Origin: Mytilus californianus
Lineage: Eukaryota
Length of the DNA stretch: 64,000 nucleotides
Reading direction: 5' to 3'
Assembly (NCBI RefSeq): GCF_021869535.1
Contig: NW_026262581.1
Location: 103,664,001 to 103,728,000, forward strand
Shown here: piece by piece, positions 1 to 13,147 of the stretch
How positions within the stretch are numbered: position 1 is the first letter of the stretch
How the letters are laid out: the number at the start of each line of letters is the position of its first letter
Program-made: the position numbers and the translations under genes
The notes under the pieces: generated by a model
Database searches by the model: none
What the model was told of the DNA's origin: nothing
Seen by the model: the letters and a program-made list of their open reading frames with translations, nothing else

Positions 1-3000
1 TGACAAAATTACAGGTCTCCCAATATCCTCCAAATAATTAAATTGAGAAAAATTAAATAAGTAATCTGACTACCTACCCTGATTTTCTGGAGGAGGAAAC
101 CCTAAACACACACGTTTTTTGATTGGCCTAAGTGTTTTATAAGAATTATTGACACACCACATAAGAAACTATTGCACATTCTACTATGTATTCTTCAATT
201 ATTAAATAAAAAGGTACTTAAACTAAACAAAATATAGTGACAACACAATAACTCATCTTTCCTTCCCCTTCACTGATAAATATTATATCATCTCATGTGA
301 CACAAAGCAGTATTAAATGAATGATTATTTATTTGGACTCCAATCACTTATGTATTTATTTGCCTTGATAGCTTGCTTTAACAAACTGACCAATAACTCA
401 TCAACTAAATGTATAATGATTAAATGTGAAATGTGTATATTTAAGAAGTGCTTTAAGAATGAAAATGTGATTCTTTTCTTTGAATCAAAAGTCTCATATC
501 GTTTGTGATGGTGTATAGGTATACATATTTTAATGATTGGGAAATTTTTTTTATTTTGTATTTTAATTTCCTCTACCAGTATACGAAATGCATCTTTAAA
601 TTAGATATTGATATTGTTGAAACCAAACCCAAATGAAATAAACCTACAAGATGCTTGAAAATAATATTATTGCTTTTCCTTTTTCTTTTGGAGTGTGATG
701 TTCTTCATAAGATTAATATAATGTAGCCAATACTTTTTTCTTCAACAACGATTTTGTGACGAAATAATGGCTTTTAAAGTAAATGATTTGACAGATATAT
801 ATGAACCCTCAAAGAGATAGTAAATATTTCTTAAATCAAGTTTTTCTTTTTAAAAAAACAATCAGGGTAGTTTATTGGAATGCAGGTGGAGGTAAAGAAA
901 AGGGTTTTTTCTTCAGATTGTGTGGGAAAAAGTGAGATGTGTTGTATAATCTGTAAAAAATACAACATGCCCAGTTGTGTATTGTTGTCTAGCTTACGAA
1001 TGGAATAGCTTAATTTGAAAATAACATTTAAAAACAGTATTAAGAAAATTGAAATGTAATTTCAGGGTCAGTTATTTTTGCTAAACAAAGCTTTTCTTTA
1101 TTTGTTACCACAATATACAGATCATACAAAAGGGCATCTTGTTAATTTTCCTCTCCCACTTACCTCCCTTTTGTAAGGTTATGCATTGAATTGTATCAAT
1201 ATTATTTCAGCAGTTTTTGATAATTTGATGACAAAAAGTAAATACAATTTTGCAATCTTAATTATCCTTTACACTTTTATACGTATAATTTGTTTTCTTC
1301 AGTTATTTTCAAAAAAGAAACACATTGAATTTTGGGTTATAAAATTAAAATATAAAATCTGAGTCAGAATTTTTGATATGAACAATTAAGTGAATTTACG
1401 ACTACCAATTGAAGTGAATTTGCCACAAGAGATACATTGGATATGTCATGGAGAAATATTTTAGATAAAAACCTGGTGTTGTGTCCTATTAACAAAAAAT
1501 TTAAAACTTACAACCAAATGATTAAATATGGCTATTGTAACCCATATTCACACATGGGAACAATTTCTATACAAGCCACTACAAGTTTCTTAGGCTTCAG
1601 TTGAAGAAGCTGTCATTTGGGTCATATTGGTAACATCCACTTTATTTGAACTTTGGTGGATAGTTGTCTCATTGGCAATCATACCACATCTCCTTATTTT
1701 TATATATATCTGTATTGATAATGGTAGGAGTGATGTACCATATTTAGTATCTTCTTGTTCACAACAAGTGAATACTTGTATAATTTAGATTGTTTATATG
1801 TAGAAAATTTTAATACAATCAAATGGCTTTTATTTTTATAATTACAAATTAACATTTTATATTTGATGGCCATGATGCAGAAGAGTTTGAAACATGTTTA
1901 ATTCATGATTCAATGAATACATCAGATAAAAATAGATTCGTTTGTCAATTTGGTATATAAATAGATATAAGGATTTAGAATAACATGATAAATTTATAAC
2001 GAAGTAATCTTTTTAGGTTAATTGATCAATACTGTTGTAAAATATTCTTCTGACATTGTACCTCATAATGAGGATTTCCTGTCTGCTTTATTCTGTTAGT
2101 TTGGTTTTTTTTTTACTTTTCTGACTATCATGAAATAGTCTGTTTCTCTATTTTATTTTCCTACAGTAGTGATTTTTTTCTTCTTCTTATGACTAAAGGG
2201 AGACAACTATCACTATAAAGTAACCTGGTTATTGAAAGACCACAAACTTGTGGTTCTCATAAATGGTTGAGTAAAATTATGTTGGCCATAAAAAGAAAAT
2301 TATGTTATCATAATGGCATTGTGGAACAAGTAGGAACTACATGTATGGTGGGGCATTAAATCAGAATTTCTAGGTCTACAATATAAGGAAGAAAATAGAG
2401 ATTTGAAGGCCATTATTTTTTTAAATAAATTTATTATGAATAAATCCATGAAGGCTATAAAGTTAACATGTCTTCCTTTGTATGGTTGGTCCTTATTATT
2501 TTACTGCCTCAATATTTCACAATAGCAATTTAGTTTCTTTAAAAGTGCACTAGTTAGATCTTAATAAACATTACATGGTCTTAATAACAAAATACATGTA
2601 TACTTGCAAAATAAAGACAAAAAAAGGAGAATAGCAAAGTCAAATATAAGCTGAAAAGAATTTAGTCTTAAAAAAGAATAAATTGCACAGTCATTTAGTT
2701 AATAAGACATATCATTCCAGAGTATGAAGATTTTTTTTATCATTCATGGAATCTTTGTACACATATAAATTACATCTATTGTTTCGTCCCATAAAATCAC
2801 TGGTCCAAATTGGATTTTATTTCAAGTTTTTTATTTGTCAGGAAGAAGAAATTTGATTGAAGTGCTCAAAGTCTTTTTTATACATTTAGTTTATGTGACA
2901 GAATTTGTATAGCACATAGATTGTAATAACACTTGTCCGTTTTGCTACCATTCCAAAATACCTCTCAACACTTCACTTCTTTTGTGCAATCAAAATCTGT

Positions 3001-5562
3001 CAGTATTAGGTCAGTTTATTATCTTGCCTTTGTGCCTTAATTGACAGAGATATTTTATTTTGGTTTAGATAAGAAGCACATGTTTCACGAAGTAAAGTAC
3101 TTACTAATCATTCTGGTGCAGATAGGAGTAGTTTTTAATATACAGAGTTACTGTCTCCTATTAGAAAATAATTTCCTTAGTCTTTTTTTTCCTTGTTTTA
3201 CAAACGAGGTTATTGTTATATTGTTTGTCATTTATATAAGTTTAAATTTGTATGAAGTGTATCATTAATCAGGACAATTTAAATTCATAGATGTTTTTAC
3301 ACAATTTGCATGGAAATTGTATATGGTTGCTAGTTGATTCTCTTTGTTACCAGGCAACAAAAATTAATTGTTTGGACAAGGGTAAATATTTACTCATGTT
3401 TATCATAATTGTCTTTGCTTCACCAATATGACGAAGCTGCAGCTGTTCACAAGAAATAAAAAAAAGATGCATTTTGAGTTATGCATATATTTAACCTTTC
3501 TTTTCTTATTTCTTTTTTGCCACATTATGAGTTTTTACTTTTCATTCTCTTACGGCTACATTTCTCCAAAAGCATGCTTTTGACTGTCTAAACTTTATAT
3601 TTTGATAACTTTGTTAAGGATATCCCAGAACGTGACTTACAAATATTATATGTTAATACCTCAAGGTTGGGAAGGTTGCTGTTGGACCTGCAGTTCCTAA
3701 GGGTACCATCTGCCCAGTCTGAGCACATCTCACATGACTCAATATAAAAATAAGAAGATGTGGTATGATTTTTATGAATCCTTACCTTATTTATTTATTT
3801 ATCAATCCATAAGAATACCACATATACAGTTAGGTCTGCTTTATATCTCAACTTACATGTAGAAATTGTCAAATTTTCTATCCTGATTTCTCTGATAAAA
3901 GGCTCATACCTACAATGAAGCTAGGGTTCATAATTAGTAAATTGAAGGCATCTGTGACAATTTAATTTCTTTGATGGTTATGAAATCTCAGGGGACCACT
4001 TACTATTCAATGAGTAGTAGGGGTGAGCTGCTGGAATCTTCGAATATTTTAAGCTTCATAATATGATAAGTGATTATTTAGATTAAATACTATTTGAAAA
4101 GGTTGCTGATTATATCATTTGTATCTGAAACAACTAAATCATATGTTAATATTCATTAAAGATGTGATAAAAACCACAGTCATAAATGCATCAGATATTT
4201 GTCAAATCTATGAAATAGGGTAATATAGCTATAGATCTATATTTTTCTAAAAAAATATTATAGAGTATGTATGTTTAAATATTTAAAATAAATGAAAATG
4301 TGGGGGTACTGATGGTCTCAGCTGCTCACCCTTACCATAAAAGAATTGAATTGCCCCAAACACCCTCCTCCTTCCTTTTCCTTATAGACTCCTCAAGATA
4401 ACACATCATTTACTTGTGATACTAAAGCCATTGATAATCAATCCATACAAGCTCAGGATTTAATTTCTGATCATTGTTTAGAGTGAAGTTTTTCATATTC
4501 TTATGAAATAGGATCTACTAGATGATATCTTAAGATGCTGCTGAATTGAGCATTTCAGGTGACAGAAAGACTTCAAAAAACCATTTCAGTCTCATATCTT
4601 ATTCTCAAATATAAGGCAAATATAAGCCAAGGTGCAGACTCTGGATGCATTGTCTTAAATTTGCTGCACTCAGTTGATTAAAAAAATAGGTAAGATGTAT
4701 CCCTGACTTAAAACATTTGAGGATATAAAAAATAACAGGTTTGTTACTCATTTTACATGATATTACCCTCGCCACATTTATATGTAAATGGTGAGGGAGG
4801 ATGAACGAATAGTAATGTGCAATTTCAGGGTAAAAGTTTTGGATCCAAGTAATCCGTTTTATTCAGGAATAAAGACCAAGCTGAAATAGGGGAAAAGACT
4901 TCTTCAGATAGACTTTTATTTCATCTATCTCATTGTAATTAAATTACATCTTATCTTGACAAGGTTGCCAGTGAACAGGAATAATGATTAGACACTGTTT
5001 CACATATTGCTGTCAATACAGTTGGTGCTGCACGATAAAGCAGAGAAAAAGATGATAAAGGAACCTCCATTATCTTAGTGAAGTTAAGATCCCAGATGAT
5101 GAGCAATAATCTAAATGCCAGAGTTTTAAGTGTAAAAGAAATGACAATGATATGTAAAATGAGCTTTGAAATAACAAAAAAAAAATTATTAAGCCTTTAC
5201 ATTGGGCCTAAAAAGATGGTAAACATGGTAAGCTTGATGGTCATAATAATTTGACGGGGACAACGCCAAAAGAGAATTTGTCCTAAAAATTTATTAAACT
5301 TCACATTCGGTAATGTCGAGGGAAAAAGGAAAGGTTTGTGGTTATGACAACTTTAACATATGTATGGTCATCATACAAATATCCCAAAATTGTCACCAAA
5401 ATCATGATGGCGTCTGTAAAACTTGTAAAAAAATTACTTCTAATTTACCATTTTAATAGAACCCTTTGCACAATTCTAGTTCATTTGGATACATGTAGTC
5501 AACATAGTCATCAAGCTAACATTAATTCAGTGAAAGGACATCATCTATATAATGGAAATAAT

Positions 5563-5820
5563 TTTGATTTTGATTTAGATTTTTGGTGTTTTAACGCCAC
5601 TTTTAAGCACCGCTTTTGGGCTATTTCGTGGCGGCCAGTTTTTATTGGTGGAGGAAGCCGGAGAAAACCACAGACCTTTGATAGGAAAACTAACAATCCT
5701 AGTCAATTAAGATTGGAGTCGAGTGCACCCACACGAGCGGGGTTCGAACTCACAACCTCAGTGTTGACTGGCTAGTGATTACAGTAGTAACTACTTAGAC
5801 CACTCGGCCACAGAGGCCCC
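5563..5820 (-). mobile_element. tRNA-derived SINE with conserved central domain (Meta/Deu-type) and short-repeat tail
   Basis: Reverse complement starts GGGGCCTCTGTGGCCGAGTGG (Pol III A box) and has GTTCGAACC (B box), then GGTTTTCTCCGGCTTCCTCCACCAATAAAACTG...AAAGTGGCGTTAAAACAC and an (ATCAA)-like tail. Subfamily name is from recall. Confidence 0.85.
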
Positions 5821-5844
5821 CATAATGGAAATAACAGATGACCA

Positions 5845-6085
5845 CAGTTGGTTCCCATAGGAAAGCTGATTGTCTGTTCAAAAACGTGTCCTCCAAATGA
5901 ATCGCGTATGATGTTGTCAATAAAAATCAACCACCATAATGTCAGTTTCTTGGAACTTTTTGTTTGAATCATAATTTTTTTCAAGTATGGTTGTCCATTC
6001 CAAAAACCAGACATTTGTATCTGCGTTGACCATTCTGTTTTAAAAACTAAAGTATGACTAATTCTTTCAATTTGTCTTTAAGGTA
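5845..6085 (-). pseudogene. Penelope-like element reverse transcriptase fragment (degraded)
   Basis: ORF 5772..6014 contains FIDNI..FGGHVFEQTISFPMGTNC, matching LIDNIFVEFGRLIFQQTVGIPMGTNCAP in ORF 14334..14786. Confidence 0.8.
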
Positions 6086-6227
6086 AGTATGAGGAATACT
6101 AGTGTAAAGAGAAAGGAAACCCAGTTATTTTTATAATGTTGCATGAGATTTATTATAAGTACTCTAACGTTTTTTTTTAATATTTTTAGTATACACATCT
6201 GATTTTGCACCACCCTTACAGAAGGTA

Positions 6228-7075
6228 TACTGATGGACTTTAAAAACGCAACAATAGATTATTACTTTTAGTTTTTAAATTCAAATTCGAAGGCAATGAT
6301 TGCCTATGACCAACGCCTAAGTGACTGACAGAAAAGTCAACCAGTTCTGTTGGGCATGTTTTGAGTTCTGGTTTGTCCCTTGTGATTTGGCCTTTGCCTT
6401 ACCGTTTACAGTTTGTTTTTGGCAATTATGCGGTTCAAATTTAGGCCTTCAAATGTTTTTCTGCAGACGATTCTTTTGCATTTCAGTATATGGGAAACTT
6501 TATGGCGTGAATCTGTTTTCCGTGACACCCGAAGACTTGATTAGCAGTTGGCGTTGCAGTAATAACACATGTCTCGCAAATGACGGTTGCGTAATTAAAT
6601 TTTATTTGCGTGGCGTTATATACAGATTTATCTGGTCATAGGTGTTTAACAAATCCCGTCTGCTTATACCATTGTTGTAAGGACAGTGAGAGGAGTTTCT
6701 GACGTGAAATTGTCTAGAAACAACGTTCACGTATTCCTGCATGAAATATTCTTATGACCTGATTCAGGTTTTCATTGTTATGTTTCGACAATATGGAAAT
6801 GCAACTTGTTTTACTGATTTAAGGCTGGGTATGAATTCAAAGAAATTTTTCACGAAAAAAAACCCTTGAAAAATCGTTTATGGATTCAAATCTCGCTTTA
6901 AAATTTCGTGCAACGTCAATAATCCGGTATGTTCAATTATCTCAGGTAAGTCAGGTATTGATTTTTTCTAAACAGAAAGAATAAGGGTAAGCATGGATAT
7001 TAGTTATATGAAGATTACTCATGCTTTGGTAAAAAAATACCAAAATGCGTGTTGCGTTTTTAAAGTCCGTCAGTG
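6228..7075. mobile_element. Non-autonomous TIR DNA element (~850 bp), CACTA/CMC-like terminus
   Basis: Left TACTGATGGACTTTAAAAACGCAACA (6228-6253); reverse complement of the right end (7050-7075) is CACTGACGGACTTTAAAAACGCAACA (2 mismatches in 26). No internal coding. Flanks TA / CA give an unclear 2-bp TSD. Confidence 0.75.
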
Positions 7076-7160
7076 CAGACTCAGTAATATAAATTGTTTC
7101 TAAGGACAGTTTTAATTTGGGTATCCATAACAGTAAAGGAATATCCAGTTTTTCACCTTT

Positions 7161-7385
7161 GAAACGCGCTCTTCGTTTCCAAAAGACTTGTCAGCGACGC
7201 TCGAATCAAGTTATAAAGCCAAATAAAGTACGAATTTGAAGAGCATTGAAGACCCAAATTCCGAAAGGTTTTGCCAAATACAGCTAAGGTTATCTATTCC
7301 TAGGGTAGAAAATCCTTAGTATTTTGAAAAAATCAAAGTTTTCTAAACAGTTAATTTATAATAAAACCGACCCATTCGTTTTCAA
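7161..7385 (-). mobile_element. Retrozyme family 1 partial copy, degenerate hammerhead
   Basis: Same body as 16360-16766 (GAAGAGCATTGA.GACC.AAATTCC...GCCAAATACAGC...CCTTAGTATTT). Hammerhead core mutated (CTGACAAG...GAAG on minus strand). Confidence 0.75.
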
Positions 7386-7454
7386 GATTTCCACGTTTGT
7401 AGGTGTCGTGGAAGTAGATGTCGATGTACTAAGTAATTTACAAATAGAAAAAGA

Positions 7455-8130
7455 GAAATTTTTGGGGACTTTCTCTACAAGTCAATATTTGTCATGTGTG
7501 TAGGTCAAGGTCTTAGCATCATTTGAGTCATATTCCCATTAAGTATTTTTGTCCTGACTTGTATCAAAGACCTCACAGCCTTACTCCAGTCGAAATGAGT
7601 ATCTATCTCTTCATTTTCATGTTTTCCCATTGTCTGGCAGGATCCACTACTGAATTCGAATAAAGTTTTTTTTTATCCTACATTGAACTTTTGATGTGGT
7701 CCCTAACGTTTCGTAGAAAAGTGTTGTTGACAATGTTAAGGTCACCAGTTATAGCATGGACTGTCGGATTAAATATGAATGGAGAACTTGCACATGTGCA
7801 ATCAGGTGGTTTAGAAGAAGTTTTAGAAAGAACTCTTTCTCCGTTTCATCTTTTGTCATACCAACTACTAGTCTGAAAAGTCTGTGATGTGCAATATCCA
7901 AGATTATAGCTGTAAGCTTGTATCGATTAGAAAGGACATTTTCGACAGAGGTTTCCAAACATAATTTGTATAAAGAATTATGTTTTGAAAGTAGTAGTGA
8001 ATGTGATGCTTTCCTAAGGGTTTTTTTCATAGAAAAAGGTAGAAGGTAATTTAAGATTAATGATATGGTGGAAATATTTATCTGTTTTACCGAGCTGCAG
8101 AAGTAACACGATATAATACCTAAACCCTCA
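7455..8130 (-). pseudogene. Naiad-type Penelope-like element, EN-RT linker fragment
   Basis: ORF 7749..8168 has AIILDIAHHRLF (cf. IIMDIANHRLF after 13150). Downstream frames give PDCTCASSPFIFNPTVHAITGDL and DWSKAVRSLIQ, matching the 13440-13740 linker. Confidence 0.75.
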
Positions 8131-8411
8131 ATGTTAGTCATTACAGTCATAAGGTTATACAGATCCAAGTTCCTGAGTCCAGTGGTCTTTTTGTCTACGG
8201 AGAGGTGTTACAAGGGGTTAGTCCCGTACGTGTGATATATTTTCGAGGATGAAACCGCGCGAAGTAAGCATTGAATGATCGAAAAGATTAAACTATTGTT
8301 CAACAATGTCATTTGTTGTAAATATCTGATTATGACATATGACCGCACATTCGTTTTTTTAATCTATTTTCGTTTCACAGACATTAACTAACACGCAAAG
8401 GATCTAATGGT

Positions 8412-8645
8412 AATTAACTGTTTACAAAACTTTGATTTTTTCAAAATACTAAAGATTTTCTACCTCAGCACTAGATTACCGTAGCTGTATTGGGCAAACC
8501 ATTTCGGAATTTTTTGGTCCTCAATGCTCTTCAACTTCGTACTTCATTTGGCCTTTTAAGCATTTTTATTCGAGCATCATTGATGAGGCTTTTATAGACG
8601 AAAAGTGCGTCTGGCGTAAACAATTTTGAGCCTGGTATCTACGGA
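8412..8645 (+). mobile_element. Retrozyme family 1 partial copy with degenerate type I hammerhead (8571-8616)
   Basis: AATTAACTGTTTACAAAACTTTG...CCTCAATGCTCTTCAACTTCGTAC...CGAGCATCA TTGATGA GGCTTTTATAGAC GAAA AGTGCGTC TGGCGT. C3 is T and stems II and III have mismatches. Confidence 0.8.
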
Positions 8646-9864
8646 GAGATTATCTAATCCGTAAACACTATTTCTTCATTTATAATTACGATCGTTGTTA
8701 ATCCTTGTAAAGTTGGGGTTTTAAGTGAAGTTGCTGGTGAATTAAGCATATGTTATCAAAATTTTACTCAAGTTTTGCAGTTTTTTGGTTTCACATTTGG
8801 AAATGTCACAAGTTTTTTTTTCAGTCATTGAAGTGTAAAGTATCTCGTAGTTGAACTGTACTTTGACATTGCCATTTAGACGATGATCACAATTTGAAAT
8901 ATCCAAGCTGTTTGTCAATGGCAATGGGCACCCTGTTATTACAGAGGTTATCGTGTTTGTTTAGACGACTTGGTCACTCAAAAACCGCATCATTTAAAAT
9001 ATTTATACTGCTCTACATGGAGAATTATCTGCTTTCTTGATGACATAACATAACGACCTGAATGAAAGAGTTTGTGAGTGCTATATTTTCTTTTATATCA
9101 ACCAGTATTCACCCATTTAGATGCTGAAAAACCTATTTTTTGCCAAAAAAAAATAGTGATATAATTTTTTGAGAGGAAATCGTTTGTTTATGAATTTGCT
9201 ATACTTTCCTGCATCTCCCGCCCCTCATTAAGTTTGCCTTTACCAATTGAAGCAAGACTGGATGCAAGTAGGCAATCGACCAGAAATATGGCAAATGGGT
9301 GTAGACGATACTAGAACATTGCAAAAATGTCGATGCAGGTAACAATGTGTGTTTATTCTGCACAGTCTAGATGAAGAAAAGCTTCTTGCTTAATATTATG
9401 TTAGCACCTCTCTTATGCATTTCAGTTATCCATTATCTAAAATCCAACCGATATTTCTACAAATCTATTGTTATGGTTTCATTCTTTTTATAGCGTTCAC
9501 CAACAAATCTGACGCAATTGCAGTGCAGTTGCATTTTAAAATATTGGTGAGTAACTTTACTTAACTGCTTAACAGTCGCTTCATGGATGTTTGTAAAAAA
9601 AAGCATAACGGCTTGGTGCAAACTTTTGAATTGGTCTGTTGTAATAACATATTTATGCTTTCATAATATACGAATTCGGTTTACCTTTAAAAAAAGTACT
9701 ATTTCTTCAAAATATACCTGATTTGCTTATTGTAATGTAATTTTAGATGTTTGCCATATATAGTTTCGTGTACAGCTGTCCATTGGTATCTATTGATATC
9801 TGTTAGTCCAGATAAGATATGGAGCAGCATGTGTCTTTGTTGTACACTTAATTTTCAATACATT

Positions 9865-12445
9865 AAGATAGAGGCTAAATATACAAAACGGGCATTCAAA
9901 CTCATAAGTTGAAAATAAACTGACAACGCCATGGATAAAAAAGAAAAAGACCAACAGACAAATAACAGTGCACAAAACACGAACCCCAACTAAAACTGGG
10001 GGTGATCTCAGGTGCTCCGGAAGGGAGATCCTGTTCCACATGTGGCACCCGTAGTGTTGCTCAAACCCGATAATAAGTCTAATTCGGTAGGTCACATTCG
10101 GGGAAAAGGGGACGGGATTGTAGTTACGACATTTGGAACATATCCGCTATCATTTGTGAAACGAATATTCCATAACGGTCAGCCAACTCGTGATGGCGTC
10201 CGTAAAATTTACGAAAGGATGATTTCAACTTCACCACTGTGAACTCTTGGTTTAATAGCTTCTTTGTGAGCAGCAACCCTCTATCAAGGAAATCATTATA
10301 GGAAATACAAGCCCTGGAATATCGTATCAAATGGGAGATATATGGGTCATTTTCAAAAATGAATAAAAGTTGCTAATTTAAACCACCCTCTTCATAGGCA
10401 AATCAAAACAAACAATACTTCTGGAACAACATATAAAAAGATGCAATCTTAATAACGTCATACATGAATTTATGTAAACATTTTTGATAGGTGGTGCAAT
10501 ATGTTGTCTCTCCTGTTACCATGTACAAAAGGTATTTTGAGTTATTTATAAAAAAAGATTTCGATCAAATTTTAAGCTTGTTTTTCATGGTCAATAAGAG
10601 TGTTTTCAAGATTAAAAACTTCTATATATTTTCATTCTGTGTAATGATAGATTATTTGTCAATTTTCCATGTTGTACTGAAAAATACCTTTAAAAATTGG
10701 TTTTCAAAGGTTATAAAATTAACCAACAGCAAAGCTTGTCTAAGATTGCAATTCATAATGTTAAGCATTTTGTTCTCTTTCTAATAAACCCACCATCAAG
10801 TAATCCCTCGCATGTTGGTTTGCATTTGTCGTTTTGTTTTTGGTAAAAGGAACGTATGTTAACGATGTAATACCATTTTAAGTTCTGTCCTGTTACCCTT
10901 TTTGTCTATCCTGTTACCGATAACAGTATTGCATTTTGTATATGCTAAATTGCGACGATTAAAACGTTGTAACCTTTAATTGATTTCAAACAACCAAACA
11001 TTTCATTATGTGTAAAATTTTGTGCATTTATGTACTTTTTAATGACGTTTCAGTCAAATTTTGTCTATCCTGTTACTGTAACCATAGTAACCATAGTAGC
11101 AGGATGGACATAACAGGATAGACAAATTTCTTCATTTATAAATGCTGTTGTGAAATAACTACTCCCTCTGATAGAGTGATAATGTTTTTCTGTTGTGATT
11201 TTGGTTTCCAACACGTAATTGCACCTTTTACAAGTACAATATTGTTGTAATCAATAAATTTGTTGGTAACAGCATAGACATGATAAAAGGGCACCGACTA
11301 TTTTTTTTTTAACTAAATGTCTTAAATTTTCTTTTCTCTACACTGTTATGCAAGAAACGTGCAGTGTTAAATTTTTAATGATGCTTCGGACTTTTAAAAT
11401 CATCATTTAATAGTTCTATATAAATATGGAGAAATTTTCAACGGTTGATTTAGTGTCAGGATGGACATGAACGATTGAATTTAGTTTGTAAAAAAAATGT
11501 GACATAGAATAATAAAGAAGCTGTGATTTTTTCGTTAGCGTTATCATTAACATTCTAAAATAATTATCTTTGCAGATACCAATGCAATCAGAAAATAAGA
11601 AAAAAAAATCATTTGAAATGTGTTACCCTGACACTGTACGCACATAAATTATGCAATTCGGACTTAAATATTTTTCAATTTTATCAAAATAGATATAAAT
11701 CGTGTTTGATATTGATGATGACTTATAAATCCTGCAAACTTTCATTTAAACACTTACAACTGCATTTTCCATGAAAAATAAAAAGTTTAACATAGGTGTA
11801 CAAAGAATTTTACATTTATTGAAAATGACCCATATATTCCGTATGCAGGCGCTGCTGGAATGTTGCTACATAGAAAAGGAAAGTTCACAATTGGGAAACT
11901 GCAATCATCTCTTTTGTCGTAAAGTTTTGTTTTCAACCGACCCTCATTGTCAGTTTCTAGATGTAAGTCAAGATATGAGGCAGACTTAACTGTATCTGTT
12001 GTATCCTTTATCTCAAGTTCGATGGGATAGATGCGTTCAACATAGTCACCAGATTTTGAATTATTTAGTGAGAGAACATCATCTATATAGCGGAAAGTTA
12101 AGTTAAAGGATACTCCTAACTTCTTTTCTTTCTTCCGAAGAAGTTCCTGTGAAATCAGTCTCATATGAATAAAGGAACAAGTCGACACACAAGAAGAGGG
12201 GCACAGTTGATTCCCATGGGAATGCCGATTGTTTATTAAAAAACACGTCCTCCAAACGTAACAAATATGCTGTCAATCAAGAAACCAAGCATCTTGATAA
12301 TGTCAGTTTCAGAGAATTTTTTGTTTGAATCAATGTGATTTTTTACAAAGTAGGATTTATCCCTCCCTAAGACAAGATACTTATATCTATGTTGGCCATT
12401 CTTTTTTATGAAACAAAGCAGAACCAACTCTTTCAATTTGTCTTT
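9865..12445 (-). mobile_element. 5'-truncated Penelope-like element (RT core to 3' end), split by a MITE
   Basis: ORFs 12236..12436, 11787..12188 (FRYIDDVLSLNN, YPIELEIKDTTD, YLDL, LYDKRDD) and 10124..10330 (IRYSRAC...LRKFYGRH) are collinear on minus, followed by the family 3' end at 9865-10040. Sequence resumes exactly across 10344-11831. Confidence 0.9.
10344..11831. mobile_element. Non-autonomous TIR DNA transposon (1488 bp), Sola-like
   Basis: TIR GGGTCATTTTCAA (13 bp perfect, similarity extends further). ATAT TSD at 10340-10343 and 11832-11835, defined against the uninterrupted paralog GGGAGATATATACTCCG at ~54370. Internal repeated TGTCTATCCTGTTAC motifs in both orientations. GRG termini with 4-bp TSD fit Sola. 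Confidence 0.85.
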
Positions 12446-12529
12446 TTATTTGGAATGGGGAATACTTGTGTAAAGTGTAGAAAAGTCAAATGTTTTAATA
12501 CTATTGCAAGATGAAAGAGTCAAAGTAAC

Positions 12530-13147
12530 TTGACCACCAAAAGTTCCAATACACACAGTCATGATGATTTAAATTGTACTGCTTCCAATATTGTGTACGG
12601 TATTGAATGTGCTCTTTGTGGACTGATCTACGTCGGGGAAACTCGACAAAGACTCAATTTTAGAATGAATGACCATAGGTCTAATGTTAATGATCCTAAT
12701 AACAAAATATTTCTCTTTAAACATTTTAATCAGCCTGACCATTCTATTGTTTCAATGAGAGTCCGGATTATAGAGAAAATATATCATTCAACAAATGACC
12801 CCATATTGAGTACACCATGTCGTCTACAAAGAGAAGTCTTTTGGATAAGAGAGTTGGGAACAGCCATTCCCTATGGATGCAATGACAAAATTGATGGTGT
12901 AGGTATTTTGTCTAGTCCCAGGTGTAGTACTGTCAACAAATTACAAGTATTTAACACTTCTGCTCGACGAAATAGAAGATACGGTAACAGAAATTATACA
13001 CCACCTGCAGTTCACACCGTGACAATTGATAATCTGTTATCGTCTGTTCAAAAACCTTTAGGAATTCACCATATCAGAACTAAATTATACCCCATTCCAT
13101 TATCTAAACTTTATTTACTCTTTCAAGAGGCCCAAAATATAGATTAG
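12530..13147 (+). pseudogene. GIY-YIG endonuclease domain with CCHH motif (5' part of the element polyprotein)
   Basis: NCTASNIVYGIECALCGLIYVGET...RMNDHRS...HFNQPDH...REVFWIRELGT..PYGCND. Confidence 0.9.

Noticed and set aside
1-5330. Host exons in the first 5 kb
   Set aside because: Scattered AG/GT signals exist, but no consistent phase-compatible frame or recognisable peptide could be built.
5338-5775. 145-aa ORF as a gene
   Set aside because: It runs antisense through the SINE, has a GTG start and no protein-like motif.
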